DNA of 64,000 nt. It comes from Octopus vulgaris (taxonomy: Eukaryota). Below, piece after piece: positions 1 through 13,222 of this stretch. The notes beneath the pieces were generated by a model. That model made no database searches. It was given only the letters and a program-made list of their open reading frames with translations, and was not told the origin of the DNA. Position 1 is the stretch's first letter. Each line of letters begins with the position of its first letter. The DNA lies in assembly GCA_951406725.2 (NCBI GenBank), contig OX597826.1:13268001-13332000 (forward strand), given 5' to 3'. The position numbers and the translations under genes were made by a program.

Positions 1-110
1 TATATATAATATATAGACATATACATGTATACACACACACGCGCATATACATATCATACATGCATATATATATACATATGTATATACACATATATAAACA
101 TATAATGTAC

Positions 111-143
<33 letters not shown>

Positions 144-682
144 CGCGTGTATTATAATCAGGGATATATATATGCATGTGTGTGTGTTTATATATATGTG
201 TGTGTGTGTGTGTGCGTGTATATATATATGTGTGTGTATATATATATATATATATATTACGAGAGAGAGAGTGGGAGAGTGAGAGAGAAAGAGAAAGAAC
301 AGGACAGTATGGCTGCTGCTACTGCTGCTGCTGCTACTGCTGCTGCTGCTACTGCTGCTGCTGCTGCTGCCACTTGGCAACAGTGGACGAGGGGGTAAAG
401 AAAGTGATGAGGTGACTGTAGTATTAGACGGGGGGTTAGGAAACGGTGGGGGTGAGCGATCGCAGTAGTTGCCCCCAGTCGAAATATTATCTAACAACAG
501 ACATAAAAGACTGCTTATGTCCCACATCTATAACCTACCCAATGTACGTACGCAGGCCAACGAGGGATCCTCTCTGTTTTCGCCCTGGTCTGCTAGAAGC
601 AGCAGCCAAATTACTATAACCCCAAATCGTATCACCATTTACTGTCTTAGGTAATAAAAAAAAAAAAAAAAAAAAGATAATC

Positions 683-724
683 CTCGTGAGTGGATTTGGT
701 AGACAGAAACTGAAAGAAGTCCGT

Positions 725-767
<43 letters not shown>

Positions 768-984
768 GTGTCATTCTGTCTGTGTCTTTCCCGCCCCCAC
801 CACCGTTCGAAATCGGTGTTGGTGTGTTTGCATCCCCGTAACTTAGCGGTTCGGCAAACGAGCCTGATAGAATAAGTACCAGGCTTAATAAATAAGTACT
901 GGAGGTCGATTCATTCGACTAAAGATTCAAGGCGATGCCCCAGCATGGCTGCAGTCTAATGACTGAAACAAGTAAAGAATTAAA
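683..984 (+). mobile_element. SINE family B (internal TG/TA tract), 5'-truncated copy
   Basis: Shares GTGAGTGGATTTGGTAGAC..GAAACTGAAAGAAG, CCCCGTAACTTAGCGGTTCGGC and ATGACTGAAACAAGTAAA blocks with the full copies at 21409 and 41636. Confidence 0.85.
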
Positions 985-1002
985 ATAATAATAATAATAA
1001 TA

Positions 1003-1559
1003 AATGCCCTGATGCAGTACCAGGCAGTGGCTCTCATGGCTTCTTAACTTACCTGATTGGAAGTATTTTTATGTACATTGTTTTGTCTTGGTATAAAAGA
1101 TGGGCTACAGCAAATATGCTGCTCAATACCACATATTTGCTTGTCAGTTGTTTGACCTTAACAAGTTGAGCATGTCCCTTAGTGGCTGACGATATGTGCA
1201 TCTCTGATCACGAGCAGAAGTAGTGGGGGAGCATCATAGCCATGTGTTGAGAGGGATTCTTTGGGGTTTGAATAATTCACCTCTGGAAACATGGGTGTTT
1301 CGTTCAACATCCCTAAACAACCCTTATTCAGGGACCGTTTGAGCGGGATGGGCTACTCAACCTGAAGAAAATTCTAACTGGGCCCCGCCTGCAAGGTCAT
1401 GTGCTGTTTATCTTGATATGAAATCACCATGTCGTGCACATATGGTTGTGATGCATGTGCCTGGTGTACCCTTATCAGACGGGTAGTCATGATGGGTATA
1501 TTGGGCTTCGTATATTTTACCCCAGTGTCACTTTGATGGCATGAACTGCTCTCTCACTC
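1003..1559 (+). mobile_element. Non-coding ~560-bp interspersed element 'F', full-length, flanked by (AAT)n
   Basis: Starts AATGCCCTGATGCAGTACCAGG, ends CTCTCTCACTC+(AAT)n; five further copies on the - strand at 49.0, 49.6, 57.4, 60.5 and 61.9 kb. Confidence 0.85.
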
Positions 1560-1864
1560 AATAATAATAATAATAATAAAACTAAGGAATGACAGTGGGA
1601 AATATAGATCTAAATACGAGTGGTTTCCATTACTTATATGCCACTGGGACAGTTGAATGGGTTTTTTTTCCAATGCTCCCCCTCCCCTACCGTCTAGGGC
1701 CCCCGGAGTCCCGATGGCTCCCGAATAGAATTAAATTGTGGTGTAACTCCCATTCCACTGCCTCTCAAGCTTCTTTGATAACGTCCAGGTTTCTGAGCCA
1801 TTATAGTAGAATTGGTTCGACTGTGGCTTTGAAGATTTTAAGCGCCATCCAACCAAAATGCAAA

Positions 1865-2146
1865 TAAATGGGAAATTACCACCTGTGTCATCTCTTGTGA
1901 AAGGTAGAAGAGTCCAGTTTGCTGGACATTGTTGTAGAGCTGAAAACGAGGTAATTTCTACTCTTCTCCTCTGGAAGCCATCTACTCGCGATACCAGATG
2001 GCGCACACTCTCCTACCCTGTTGTAATCTCTAGGGATACAGGCATCCAGCAACAGGACCTCCGTAATACTATGATGGACCGTGAAGTCTGGCGTAACATA
2101 GTAAATTCCATTGTCCCGTCCACGGTCGAACAATGAATGAATGAAC
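1865..2146 (+). mobile_element. RTE-clade LINE 3' end (ORF C-terminus plus short tandem tail)
   Basis: ORF 1858-2136 reads RRVQFAGHCCR...MMDREVWRNIV, like the RRLxxxGHxxR / AxDRxxWR C-terminus of RTE ORFs, followed by (TGAA)n. Confidence 0.7.
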
Positions 2147-2257
2147 TTCCATTTAAGGGTTTCATTGGGCTTAGCAGCCGTGATAGGGTCTATTTCCGCT
2201 CGAGGATAAGGATGTCCTTCATTGATTCTGAAGTAGGTTTTGAGCAGGTTTTGTTAT

Positions 2258-2392
2258 AAGCTTGCTTCCCTAACATTTGATCTTCGGTTCAATCCCACTG
2301 CGTGGTACCCAGGGCAACTGTCTTCTTTCATAGCCCCAGGAAAACAAAAACCTTGTAAGTGAATTTTGTAGACAGAAACTGAAAGAAGCCCA

Positions 2393-2447
<55 letters not shown>

Positions 2448-2730
2448 GCACTCCATTGGTTACGACGGGGGTTCCAGTTGATCCGATCAACGAAATAGCC
2501 TGCTCGTGAAATTAACGTGCACATGGCTGAGTATACCACATACACGTTACACTTAACATAGTCCTCAGGAAGATTCAGCGTGACACAGAAATACAAGTAC
2601 TAGTCATTGTTGTCATCTGAATGGACTGGAGTAAATAAAGTATCTTGCTCAAGGAGACAACTCGCTGCCGAGTATCGAACTCACAACCTAACGATCGTGA
2701 GCTGAACACCCTAACCATTTGGCCACATCC
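2258..2730. mobile_element. Cluster of SINE fragments: family B 5' part (+), family C 3' part (-), family D-like head (-)
   Basis: 2258-2395 matches the 21409 head; 2448-2590 matches 37350-37500; 2640-2727 is antisense to a 23571-type head. Confidence 0.7.
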
Positions 2731-3549
2731 TTTCTATATATGTGTGTGTGTGTGTGTGTATTTATGTATGTGTGTGTCTTTGTGTTTGTACCACCATCGC
2801 TTAACAACCGCTGTAGGTTTGTTTACGTTCCCGTAAGCTAGCCCCAGGAAGGGGCCGGTTTAGTCGTTGACCCAAAGACGATGGGCAAGCAGTACTTGAT
2901 TAGAAGGTTGTCGGTAGCATGTTTCCATCAAACTGTGAGAGGACTTGTCCTGATCTACCTCCAATGTAATTTTACATAGCACTAAAATAGCGGTATGGTC
3001 ACGATTGGAGTGTCTTCTAATCTAAATATCAGATTGATCAGCGCTGATCTGGGGATAAAAAAAAAACAAACAAACCAAAATAAAACAGCATCAACGGCAA
3101 AAAAAGCAACAGCCCTGCACACACTCATCCACCCAGATTATCTCCACGAAGCCTATATGTGGTTGCTCAGTATGCCTGAAATAACAGCCAAATCTCCCCA
3201 AATCACATCATGCATCTTAAAAATATTAGATAATCTAATTAAAGGTTCCCAATACACACACACAAAAAAAAACTGCTCGCCACTACTAGAAAGAATTCCT
3301 TTATCGTTCCTATTTGGGAACTGATCATAGTTAATCTTATTCTAAAGTTTTGACGTTCTGGATTTATTAAGTGGTATAAATCGGACAATTTATATGTATA
3401 TGGTGAAACTGTGCAGTAATGGACGAGTTACGAACTACTATTATACTGTGAGATATACATATTCATTCTTCAATTGTATTGACTTTTCTCTGTTTGTTTT
3501 TCTATGTTATCACATGCTGAAAATCATTACTGATATGCATACATACACA

Positions 3550-3626
<77 letters not shown>

Positions 3627-3627
3627 C

Positions 3628-3853
3628 ATCATTTAACGTCCGCTTTCCATGCTAGCATGGGTTGGACGATTTGACTGAGGTCTGGCGAACCAGACTCCAA
3701 TCTGATCTGGCAGAGTTTCTACAGCTGGATGCCCTTCCTAACGCCAACCACTCCGAGGGTGTAGAGGGTGCTTTTTACATGCCACCGGCACGAGGGCCAG
3801 TTTGGTGGTACTGGCAACGGCCACGCCCAAATGGTGCTTTTTATGTGCCACCT
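3628..3853 (-). mobile_element. 3' part of a SINE with an RTE-associated tail (family E)
   Basis: Minus strand contains GGTTGGCGTTAGGAAGGGCATCCAGCTGTAGAAAC, a motif I recognise from RTE-related SINEs, ending in GGACGTTAAATGATGAT. Confidence 0.6.
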
Positions 3854-3907
3854 GCACACATACACACACACACATATATATACACAGATACTTATACATA
3901 CATACAC

Positions 3908-3972
<65 letters not shown>

Positions 3973-4681
3973 TACTTATACATACACACACACACACACT
4001 CACATAAATACATACACTATATACACAGACGTTAGTGTCAATGAAGACCCCTTCTGTCTAACATGTCGTGTTGAGAGCATGTCTTTGACAAATTTTTTTA
4101 AAACTTCTCTGTTAAGTCTTTCAAGTATACAGATGTTATGTTTTTGTTGTACCACTAACAATGTACACTAAATCTCTCTTTGTGTCTTCTGCATGTCTCT
4201 CTCTTCCCCCTCTCTCCTCTGTCATTGTGGTTCTCGGTATCTCTGTCTATCGGTTTGTCTGCCTTGGTCTCTTTTCTCTTTCTTCCTGTGTCTTTGTTTC
4301 ACCATTTCTCAAAAGAAACCAGTTGTCGTCGTATGAAAACATTTACAGATATTTAGACGCTGCTTGAGATTTATAAGGCAAATAATCGCATAAATCCATG
4401 GCGCATATTTCACATACATACACAAACATATACACACACACACATGCACACAGCATACACACACTCATGCGTTTGAACCACATAACCGCGCAAACACACA
4501 CACAAGAACACATACGTACATATATATATATAAGACTCATATTTTTATAATCTGTTGATCATCATTTGGCAAGTAGATAAAGAACTAATTAGCGAAAAAC
4601 TGTGTTATCAAAACAACTCGTATTTCAACCAAACTTTTATCAGTAATCCTACCCCGATCGACTCTGAATATCACCGCTTTT

Positions 4682-4776
<95 letters not shown>

Positions 4777-4848
4777 CACACGCGACACATGCATCCTGAT
4801 GAAAATGTAGGCTCTTCCATGTATTCACTGTGGTGAATTTATATATAT

Positions 4849-4887
<39 letters not shown>

Positions 4888-4908
4888 CACACACATAAAC
4901 ATACACAT

Positions 4909-4947
<39 letters not shown>

Positions 4948-6664
4948 AATATATATATATACAAACACATACGTACATATATACATACATACATATATAT
5001 ATATATACAAACACGCACATATACATATATATTTATATACATACACACACACATATATATACATATATATATATATACGCATCACACACACATATAAATG
5101 CATGTATATATAGCAAAGTAAATATTAAAACAAAAATAAACAAAAGTCCAAGGGATGCTCACAGTAAAACATTATCAGCTTGACGCACAAGGAAGGACAA
5201 ATAGTTATAGAGCAAAGCTCTTAGAGTAAAAATATAACGTTTCGCACATATTCCCTTCGTCAAGTGCTAAAGTGAAGTACAGGGAGAGTGGGAAGAGAAG
5301 GAAGAGAGAAAAGAGCCAAGAAAATAGTAGCACTTGGGTTAGCTTTAGATGCTTCTACACAAATATAATATCATTGGGTGTGACTCTGCCCTAAACAGCA
5401 ATAAAATTTCCCCTCAAATTACACACTACATTGAATATGGAAGTCCTGGAAAGTGACAGGAACATTTTTAATCATATACCATTGGTCCGTTCGATCAGGG
5501 ATGGTCTGAGGTTAACAAAAAATACAAACCTATGTGCAGTCTAATATTTGTAGTACTGAATTATTTACCTTCCGCCAGTTTATGCAGAACGGTTTTGGTG
5601 GGACTACAAAGATCTTGGAATGATTACAAGAACATTTCACTGATTAGAAAATAAAAAAAATAAAAAAGACATAACGACTTGGTGAACTTCACTAATGGCA
5701 TTCTGCTAGAAGACTATATAGTGAATCGAAGCCTTACACTAAGGATTTACATACGTAACGCTGTGAGTTGAAAATCTTCGATTGAGTGCCATTACTCGAA
5801 TAATCTGTGGGCAAAATCTTCCTCGAGAGACGTTTAAAAAGGAGAAGTAACAAAGAAGGGAGATAAGTCAAGTTAGATTGATTGACTAAAATTTTCGGAC
5901 AAGTCTCTCTCTCTCCCTTCCAAATATATAACATTCTGCGTCCACATTAGAGATCATTATTTTTATAATTACTAGTACTACTGCTGCTCTTGTTCTTGTT
6001 GTTGATGATGATGATGATGATGATGATGATACTGCTGTTGCTACTGTGACGCCTCTAGATTACAAGAGATTAAAAATGTGAGCAAATTAATTACTTATAG
6101 ATTGGTGTATATACTATTGCGATACTGTACTTCTAAGAAACAGAGTAATTTCTAAGATAATATAATTATGAGACTATGCGCGTATATCCATAATTATAAT
6201 TATATCTGTGGTTGTCTGCGTCTTTCATAACTGAACTGTGAAGATATTCAGAGCTTGATAGACTGAGAATAAAAAGTACGAACGTAATTATACGTACGCT
6301 TACATATATATACTCATATATATTTGCATGTATATATGTGTGCGTCTGTGTGTATCACGTGCGTGAGTCTGTCCATACATTTATATATACAAGCATACAA
6401 AAGAGGATCTGAAGTAAGAATCCTTTTGCATAAATACAGGAAGCTATTTACACAGCTGAAGCATCACATGGTAAAAGCAGCAAACGATGGACAATTGAGG
6501 ATCCTCAAGAGATTTCTTCTTCATGTAGTGTGATTGTGTAGGTCAAGTAAGACTAGCATTGCGGTAAAGATGAATTCAGTACTACAAGCTAGTAACTAGC
6601 AAATATCTTGTCAATTCTATAGTGTTTTAATATCGTAATTATATATACATATAAACTATATTAG

Positions 6665-7780
6665 TAATGGCTTCATATTTTGATTCAAGGCCAGCAGCTT
6701 ATCGACCCCGAAGAAGACGAAAGGTAAAGTCGACCTCAGCGGAAGTTGAACTCAGGACATAAAGAAAGGCGAAAGTGCTACTATGCACATTTTATCCGCC
6801 GTGCTAACGATTCGGCCAGCTCTCCGCCTTTTAAACTATAGTAATAACTTTTTACATGGGGCTATGGTTGCAGATTTTGTGATCATGAATTAGTCGGCTA
6901 AATGGACTCTAGTATTTGGCTGGTATTTTATTTTAACGACTACAGTGAGATGAAACGCAAAAATTGACTTCGGCAAGATCTGAACTCAGATCGTAAAGCG
7001 CCGTAACAAAATATCGGCTCCATTACGATTCTGCCAGTATACTATCCTCAAACACCACAATAATAACGTCTTCAAGTTTTGGCACAAAACCAACGATTCC
7101 GTGAGGAGGGTTTAGACAATACCATCAATCCCTTTACATGATTGATACTTTATTTTAGTGACCATGAAAGAATGAAAAGCAAAGTTGATCATTGCAGGAT
7201 TTGAACTCAGAACGTAAACAGCATTTTACCCAAAGCTCTAGCAATTCTGCCGGCTTGTTGCCTTAATCGTTATAATAATAATCTTTACTATTATAGGCGC
7301 AAGGCCTAACACTTTGCGAGAAGGGGCTAATCGATTTCATCGACCTCAGTTCTTGACTGGTACTTATTTTATTGACCCCCAAAAGAATGAAAGACAAAGT
7401 CAGTCTCAGCGGCATTTGAACTCAGAACGTAAAGACGTACCTATTTCTTTACTACCCACAAGGGGCTAAATACAGAGAGGACAAACAAGGACAGACAAAC
7501 GAATTAAATCGATTACATCGACCCCAGTGAGTAACTGGTACTTATTTAATCGGCCCCGAAAAGATGAAAGGCAAAGTCGACCTCGGCGGAATTTGAACTT
7601 AGAACGTAACGGCAGACGAAATACCGCGACGCATTTCGCCCGGCGTGCTAACGTTTCGGCCAGCTCGCCGCCTTCAGATGTACCTCTAAGGATTTCGTGT
7701 GGCGTGCTAACGACTCTGCCAGCTCACTGCCTTAATCGCCATAACAATTATGGTTTCTAAACATTGACACAAGCCCAGTA
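6665..7780 (-). mobile_element. Cluster of SINE family A copies (old and young, nested)
   Basis: Repeated GACCCCGAAAGGATGAAAGGCAAAGTCGACCTCGGCGGAATTTGAACTCAGAACG-like blocks; the sense strand has a B-box-like GAGTTCAAATTCC. Confidence 0.85.
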
Positions 7781-8341
7781 TACATTTGTTCCTATGTCTG
7801 TGCCAGTGTGATGAAATGCGGGTGCACATCTATGTATGTGTGTGCTTTGTACGTGTAACTTAGTTAATATTTATAAGTACCGACATCGCTATGATTTGTG
7901 TAAATACGAATGATAATATTTGTCTGAATAATGAAATTAATTATAGCATTAATGGATTTGTGAGTGGGGAAATAATGTCTGTTCTGCCGAAAGAAATTAA
8001 CCAGCGTGGTAATTTTCTTTCAACGCAACAAATAAGCTTGACATATCCACACACACACACACACATATTTGACGATTATAAAATTAAATGTTAAATGCCA
8101 ACTATTGGATGATATACTTCCTGCCAGATACGGGCGTAATTCATGCATATTAATTCTTTTACTTTCTCACTCTATAGTGTTACAAGAATGTGGATGAAAT
8201 AAATCTTAGATCAACAGCAAAAGCTAAACTTTGTAATTTCGATAAAATATGGATGCAAAATCTGAAACACAGAAAGAAAAACAGAGGGAGATGAAGATGG
8301 AGGGAGAAAGGGAAAGAGAGAGAGTGAGAGAGAGAGAGTGA

Positions 8342-8396
<55 letters not shown>

Positions 8397-8467
8397 GTGC
8401 ATGACATGTCGATTTTCTTTGCTTCAATTCTTTGGACAGCTGTTGATAGACTCTTTCAAAAGAGGCC

Positions 8468-9010
8468 GGCTTTTTTCTTTCATCCTTTCGGGGTCGATAA
8501 ATTAAGTACCAGTGAAACACTGGAGTCGATGTAATCGCCTGCTCCCTTCCCCAAAAAAATTCCAGGCCTTGTGTCTTTAGTGGAAAGGATTATCATTGGT
8601 ATTAAGGTGGCGAGCTGGCAGAAACGTTAGCACGCCGGGCGAAATGCGTAGCCGTATTTCGTCTGTCGTTACGTTCTGAATTCAAATTCCTTTCGAGGTC
8701 GATAAATTAAGTACCAGTTACGCACTGGGGTCGATATAATCGACTTAATCCGTTTGTCTGTCCTTGTTTGTCCCCTCTGTGTGTAGCCCCTTGTGGGCAA
8801 TAAAGAAAAAAGGAATCGTTAACACTCCGTGCTAGATGCTCAGCGGCATTTCTTCCCGCTTTTTACGTTGAATTTAAATCAACCGAGGTCAGCTTTGCCC
8901 TTCATTTCTTTTGGGGTCGATAAAATAACTACCAGTTGAGCACTAGGATCAGTGTAATTGACGAGCACTGTCCCTGCAAATGTCAGACCTTGTGCTTGTA
9001 GTTGAAAAAA
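8468..9010 (+). mobile_element. Cluster of SINE family A copies
   Basis: GGCGAGCTGGCAGAAACGTTAGCACGCCGGGCG head at ~8608 through the GCCCCTTGTGGG..AAAGAAA tail, with older copies on either side. Confidence 0.85.
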
Positions 9011-9254
9011 ATATCACTGTTGTTGTTGGTTCTGCTATTTTTGTTGTTCTAGGTTTAGTTGTAAGAAAGACACACTCCTTATCTGCTTCCCAAACATCTG
9101 TTGCTGGTGAGGAGCTGGTGTCAGCTTTTGTTGGTTTCCTCCTTTATTGACGTCGAGTTCAAATTTCACCAACATTGCATGTCGTAGTCCGTGATGCATC
9201 AGTGATTAGCAAAAAACAAGAGAAAAATGAATGTTTGTGTAATATCTATATATA

Positions 9255-9490
9255 TGTAAATCGTAAGCAGCTACGGCATTTATTTTTTAAAAGCAAATAT
9301 GGGATCGAAAAGTATACCCATTGATGAAGGTCGAAGCCTATAGCTGTTGCTATTTCTTTTGAACACGATACAACTGTTACGGCAGACACGTCAACATGTT
9401 TCCCAAATGTTTTATAACGAACAACACCACACTCCCAGAAAGCTAGGGAACACAGGTTATATAAGCTGGTCGTTCCCAAATATCCCACCT
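9255..9490 (+). pseudogene. Possible highly decayed Tc1/mariner transposase fragment
   Basis: One frame reads QIWD...CYFFEHDTTVTADT, loosely like the IWG...GPFFFNEATISAD segment of the 40313 transposase. Confidence 0.3.
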
Positions 9491-10256
9491 ACAAGGATAT
9501 TGATTTGTCGATATTACTGTTGTTATCGTTTTGGTTCTTGTTTATGCTCAGGTCAACCCCGATCGAACTCCCTCGTTTTCTTGAGGCTCACGGGGTGTGG
9601 TTTGAGTAAGATCCTGTTGCTATTTCTAGCTAGTTGAGCGACGACCACGAAGAGGCTCGATGAATTACACTGGTTGTTTGCTTTTGTTTAAGGCGGGAAG
9701 AGATGCATAAAGAAGAAATAGCCCTCTTCTGAAACACTTTAATTGAAATCTGTCTGCCTACAAACAGTTCTTTGTTTACTTACACTGGCGAATCCTCACA
9801 GACGGTCACAAAGCCACGATGTGGTAGCAGCGGTAGAACAACGTATCAGATATCATTTTCACTACTATCAGATTTCGTCTGTCTCTCGTTTGAGCTCAAA
9901 ATCCGCTGGGGTTGACTAGGTCTTTCACCCCAATAGGGTAGATTAAACAAGTAGTTTTACTTGTAAATCAATTCAGACAATTGTACTCCACAGTCTAATA
10001 AATCAATTTAACTGTACTCTATAACCAAGTAAAAATAAATCGATATTCAATATAACAACGACCAGCTGTGTTTGGTGAAGCTGATCAGAATGAGCAATTA
10101 CAGCGAAGAAGATACACTTTAATCATTTAAAAATGAACTTATATATTACTTAAATGATTTTTACCAGTTTCTGTGTGCATATGAATAACTAATAGGAGTT
10201 CCATTATGTAATTACTTTAGCTACAAAGTAAGGTCTCAGATCAAATCATGTGCCAG

Positions 10257-10509
10257 CTGGGCTGGCGCTAGGAAGTGCGGGGCCGAATTAGAGAATTGTT
10301 AGTGGGGTCTTCTCCTCTACGAAAGCTAAAGATTGATGTTTTATGTTTCGTGTAGTGCGTCGGTACCAGTCAAAAAGCGTTGAGGGCTTGAGGCCTCAAT
10401 GATGTATGTAAAATTCATCATAGCGACCTTCGGACGAGCCTGTGTACGGGGACCTCACTTGGTGCGGAGCCCAGTTTGAACAAATCTGTCTGACTTATAA
10501 CCGACCCTA
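10257..10509. mobile_element. Possible decayed hAT-type MITE
   Basis: Degenerate termini (TGGGCTGGCG / CCGACCCTA) and flanks tgtgccag / cttgccag (6 of 8 match) as a possible TSD. Confidence 0.3.
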
Positions 10510-11183
10510 CTTGCCAGGTAAGTACAAGTCTGAGGCGAGAAGAATTAAACGAATCCAAAGTCTTCTGATTGATAGGTTTTAGACAAATATTTTTTTAATT
10601 TCTAAAAACGACTTAGGCCCAGAAGGAAAGGCAATGCTGCTTACAGCTAGCTTCCCCGTCTGTTCTTAATAGAGATATATCGGTGGTTCTGTAAAGTTAA
10701 TATGGTTAATATTGAATGATTTTGTTTTGGTTTTCTCTTTTAAAAGCTTGAGTAAGTAGAAAGGATAACTTTTAAACTTTTATGGTCCTTTTTAGGGTCA
10801 CTGTGATTAGCGAGTCGGTGAGTGGTTGGTTGGTTGGTTGGTTGGTTGGGAGTTACCTTCAAGTCGGAAACCTGATCTAACTGCTGGCAATAGAGTGAAC
10901 TCAGCAAAAATTACCCAGGTACTTGGTGGTGGCGGTAGTGAACCGGACGACGGATTAAGCCTACCACCCAAATGGTATTACAAGGTTGATCATTACAATT
11001 TGATTATTGCAGAGGTCTCGAGGAATGATGGAGTAGAGGATTATAGAAGTCGGGAAATACGTGATGTTGTTGTTGTAAGGCGATCAAAGCTAATCAAGGC
11101 GGCCTATGATTAAAAATCGTTTTTTTTTTCTTTTTCTTTTTGTAACCGTTCCGCTTTCTTCTGCAAAGAGCATTAGAACTCGA

Positions 11184-11819
11184 CAGTGGCGGCTCGTAGA
11201 TACAATTAGTGGGGGTGCTGCTTCAGAAAAGTTTTAGCCGTTCTTTTAATATTGTGTAAAAGGAAACAAACATTTAAAAAGAAGATTTATACATAAACTC
11301 GATCGGTTCACGTTTTAGCCATTGCCCGGTAGTGTGTTTAATTTGTTCACTGAACCACACCGCGAATTCCCCCTTGTTTTTCAAAAATCCCCCTTAAATC
11401 ACAAAATAGGCGGGGGGGGTGGAAATCTGTCCTATATTTTGAAATCATGGCAGCAACTTTGTAGCTAAAAGCAGGATAATAATCTAATTCTACACTTTAT
11501 CGCATTCAAGAATATAAACACGTTTTTAAGCACAACGTACCTTTCACCAGCACTGCGCGTACCACAGTGCTCTCTCTCTCTCTCTCTCTCTAGCGTGAAG
11601 CTTCCTATCTCGGACATGTCAGCATGCGCACAACAGCCAAACACCGCGTCGCTGGAACTGTGAAGCGCAAGGATTTCTGTATTTTTTCATAAACTAGGAG
11701 ATGGCTACTGACAAAGAATTTAAAAAGAAAAGGACTCATTATATTGAATGTTATCGATAATATCGATTGGAAATAGGGGGTGCTGCAGTTCTGCAGTGCC
11801 TATACACGAGCCGCCACTG
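11184..11819. mobile_element. hAT-type MITE
   Basis: TIRs CAGTGGCGGCTCGT / ACGAGCCGCCACTG, subterminal GGGGGTGCTGC repeats, 8-bp flanks gaactcga / gaactaaa (6 of 8). Confidence 0.8.
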
Positions 11820-11992
11820 GAACTAAATGTGACTTTCATTTTATTGAAGTCGATAGGATGTAATTTATTAAAAACTGTAGCTGCTATTTCTGGTATATAG
11901 TCTCTCTAGTTAGATCGAGTGATGAATTTCTTTTTACTGTTGTTGTTTAACCCCAGGTCAACCTTGATCGAGCATACCTATGCCCTAAAGTA

Positions 11993-12387
11993 TATTTCTT
12001 TACTACCCACAATTAAGGACAGACAAACGGACTAAGTCGATTATATTGACCCCCAGTGCGTAACTGGTATTTATTTAATCGACCCCGAAAGGATGAAAGG
12101 CAAAGTCGACCTCGGCGGAATTTGAACTCAGAACGTAACGGCAGAGGAAATACCTATTTCTTTACTGCCCACAAGGGGCTAAACACAGAGGAGACAAAAA
12201 GGGACAGACAAACGGATTAAGTCGATTACATCGACACCAGGGCGTAATTGGTCCTTAATTTATCGACCCCGAAAGGATGAAAGGCAAAGTCGACTTCGGC
12301 GGAATTTGAACTCAGGACGTAAAGGCAGACGAAATGCGGCTACGCATTTCGCCCGGCGTGCTAACATTTCTGCCAGCTCGCCGCCTT
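11993..12387 (-). mobile_element. SINE family A, head plus two bodies
   Basis: Two body units joined at GAAATAC|CTATTTCTTTAC; approximate TSD tatgccc(t/c)aaagtat on both sides. Confidence 0.9.
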
Positions 12388-12989
12388 ATTATGCCCCAAA
12401 GTATTGCAGCCATGATCATCTCGCCTCTTTTCACACGTAGGACTAGATTATCCAATACCAAATCTCGCCAATGATTTGACTAGTGTTTCTACGTGAACAA
12501 TAGAGCATTCGGCGAGTGAACTTTGTATCTTACAAAGTGTCAGCAGCTGCTGAGAATATCACTACTGGATGTAATTGTTTTTCTTTGTTCCTGACAGATT
12601 GACTTTGTTTATAAACTGGACGTCGTTCGGTGTCAAATTACCTCGAGATTTCGTAACTTCAAACAACTGTGAAAAAAAAGCCCCAACAGATAGTTGAAAG
12701 ACCTGTTTTAGGAAACATTACGACTTTGTAATAAAAAAGAAAGGAACAAAGAAAAGTGTCTGATGATTAGATAATTATTCCTTGCACTGACACAAGGACG
12801 CAAGTTTATAGGGGTGTTGTATACTTAAGGTCTATAAGAAGGGAAAGGCTCTACCGGTCTCAGTAACTCGTTCCGAAGCCATCAGTCGGGCTCAACATAA
12901 AAAAAAATAATTTAAAATTTAAAATTAAAACAAAACCTTTACAGCTCCTTTAAATTTTAGTATCCTATATTTATATAAAATAGAGAGAT

Positions 12990-13028
12990 TAGATAGACAG
13001 ACAGACAGTCAAACAGAAAGACAAAGAA

Positions 13029-13107
<79 letters not shown>

Positions 13108-13130
13108 GATAAACAGATGGATAGATAGAT

Positions 13131-13201
<71 letters not shown>

Positions 13202-13222
13202 CAGATAGATAGACAGATAGAT
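12990..13222. repeat. (AGAT)n microsatellite
   Basis: Direct inspection; source of the YLSI ORFs. Confidence 0.95.

Noticed and set aside
54-527. Long ORFs rich in HT/YI/CV/LSIY/KERK or homopolymers, here and throughout the window
   Set aside because: They are translations of microsatellites that lack stop codons.
1003-1080. HDV-like ribozyme at the 5' end of element F
   Set aside because: Two hairpins are possible, but I could not assign P1/P1.1/P3.
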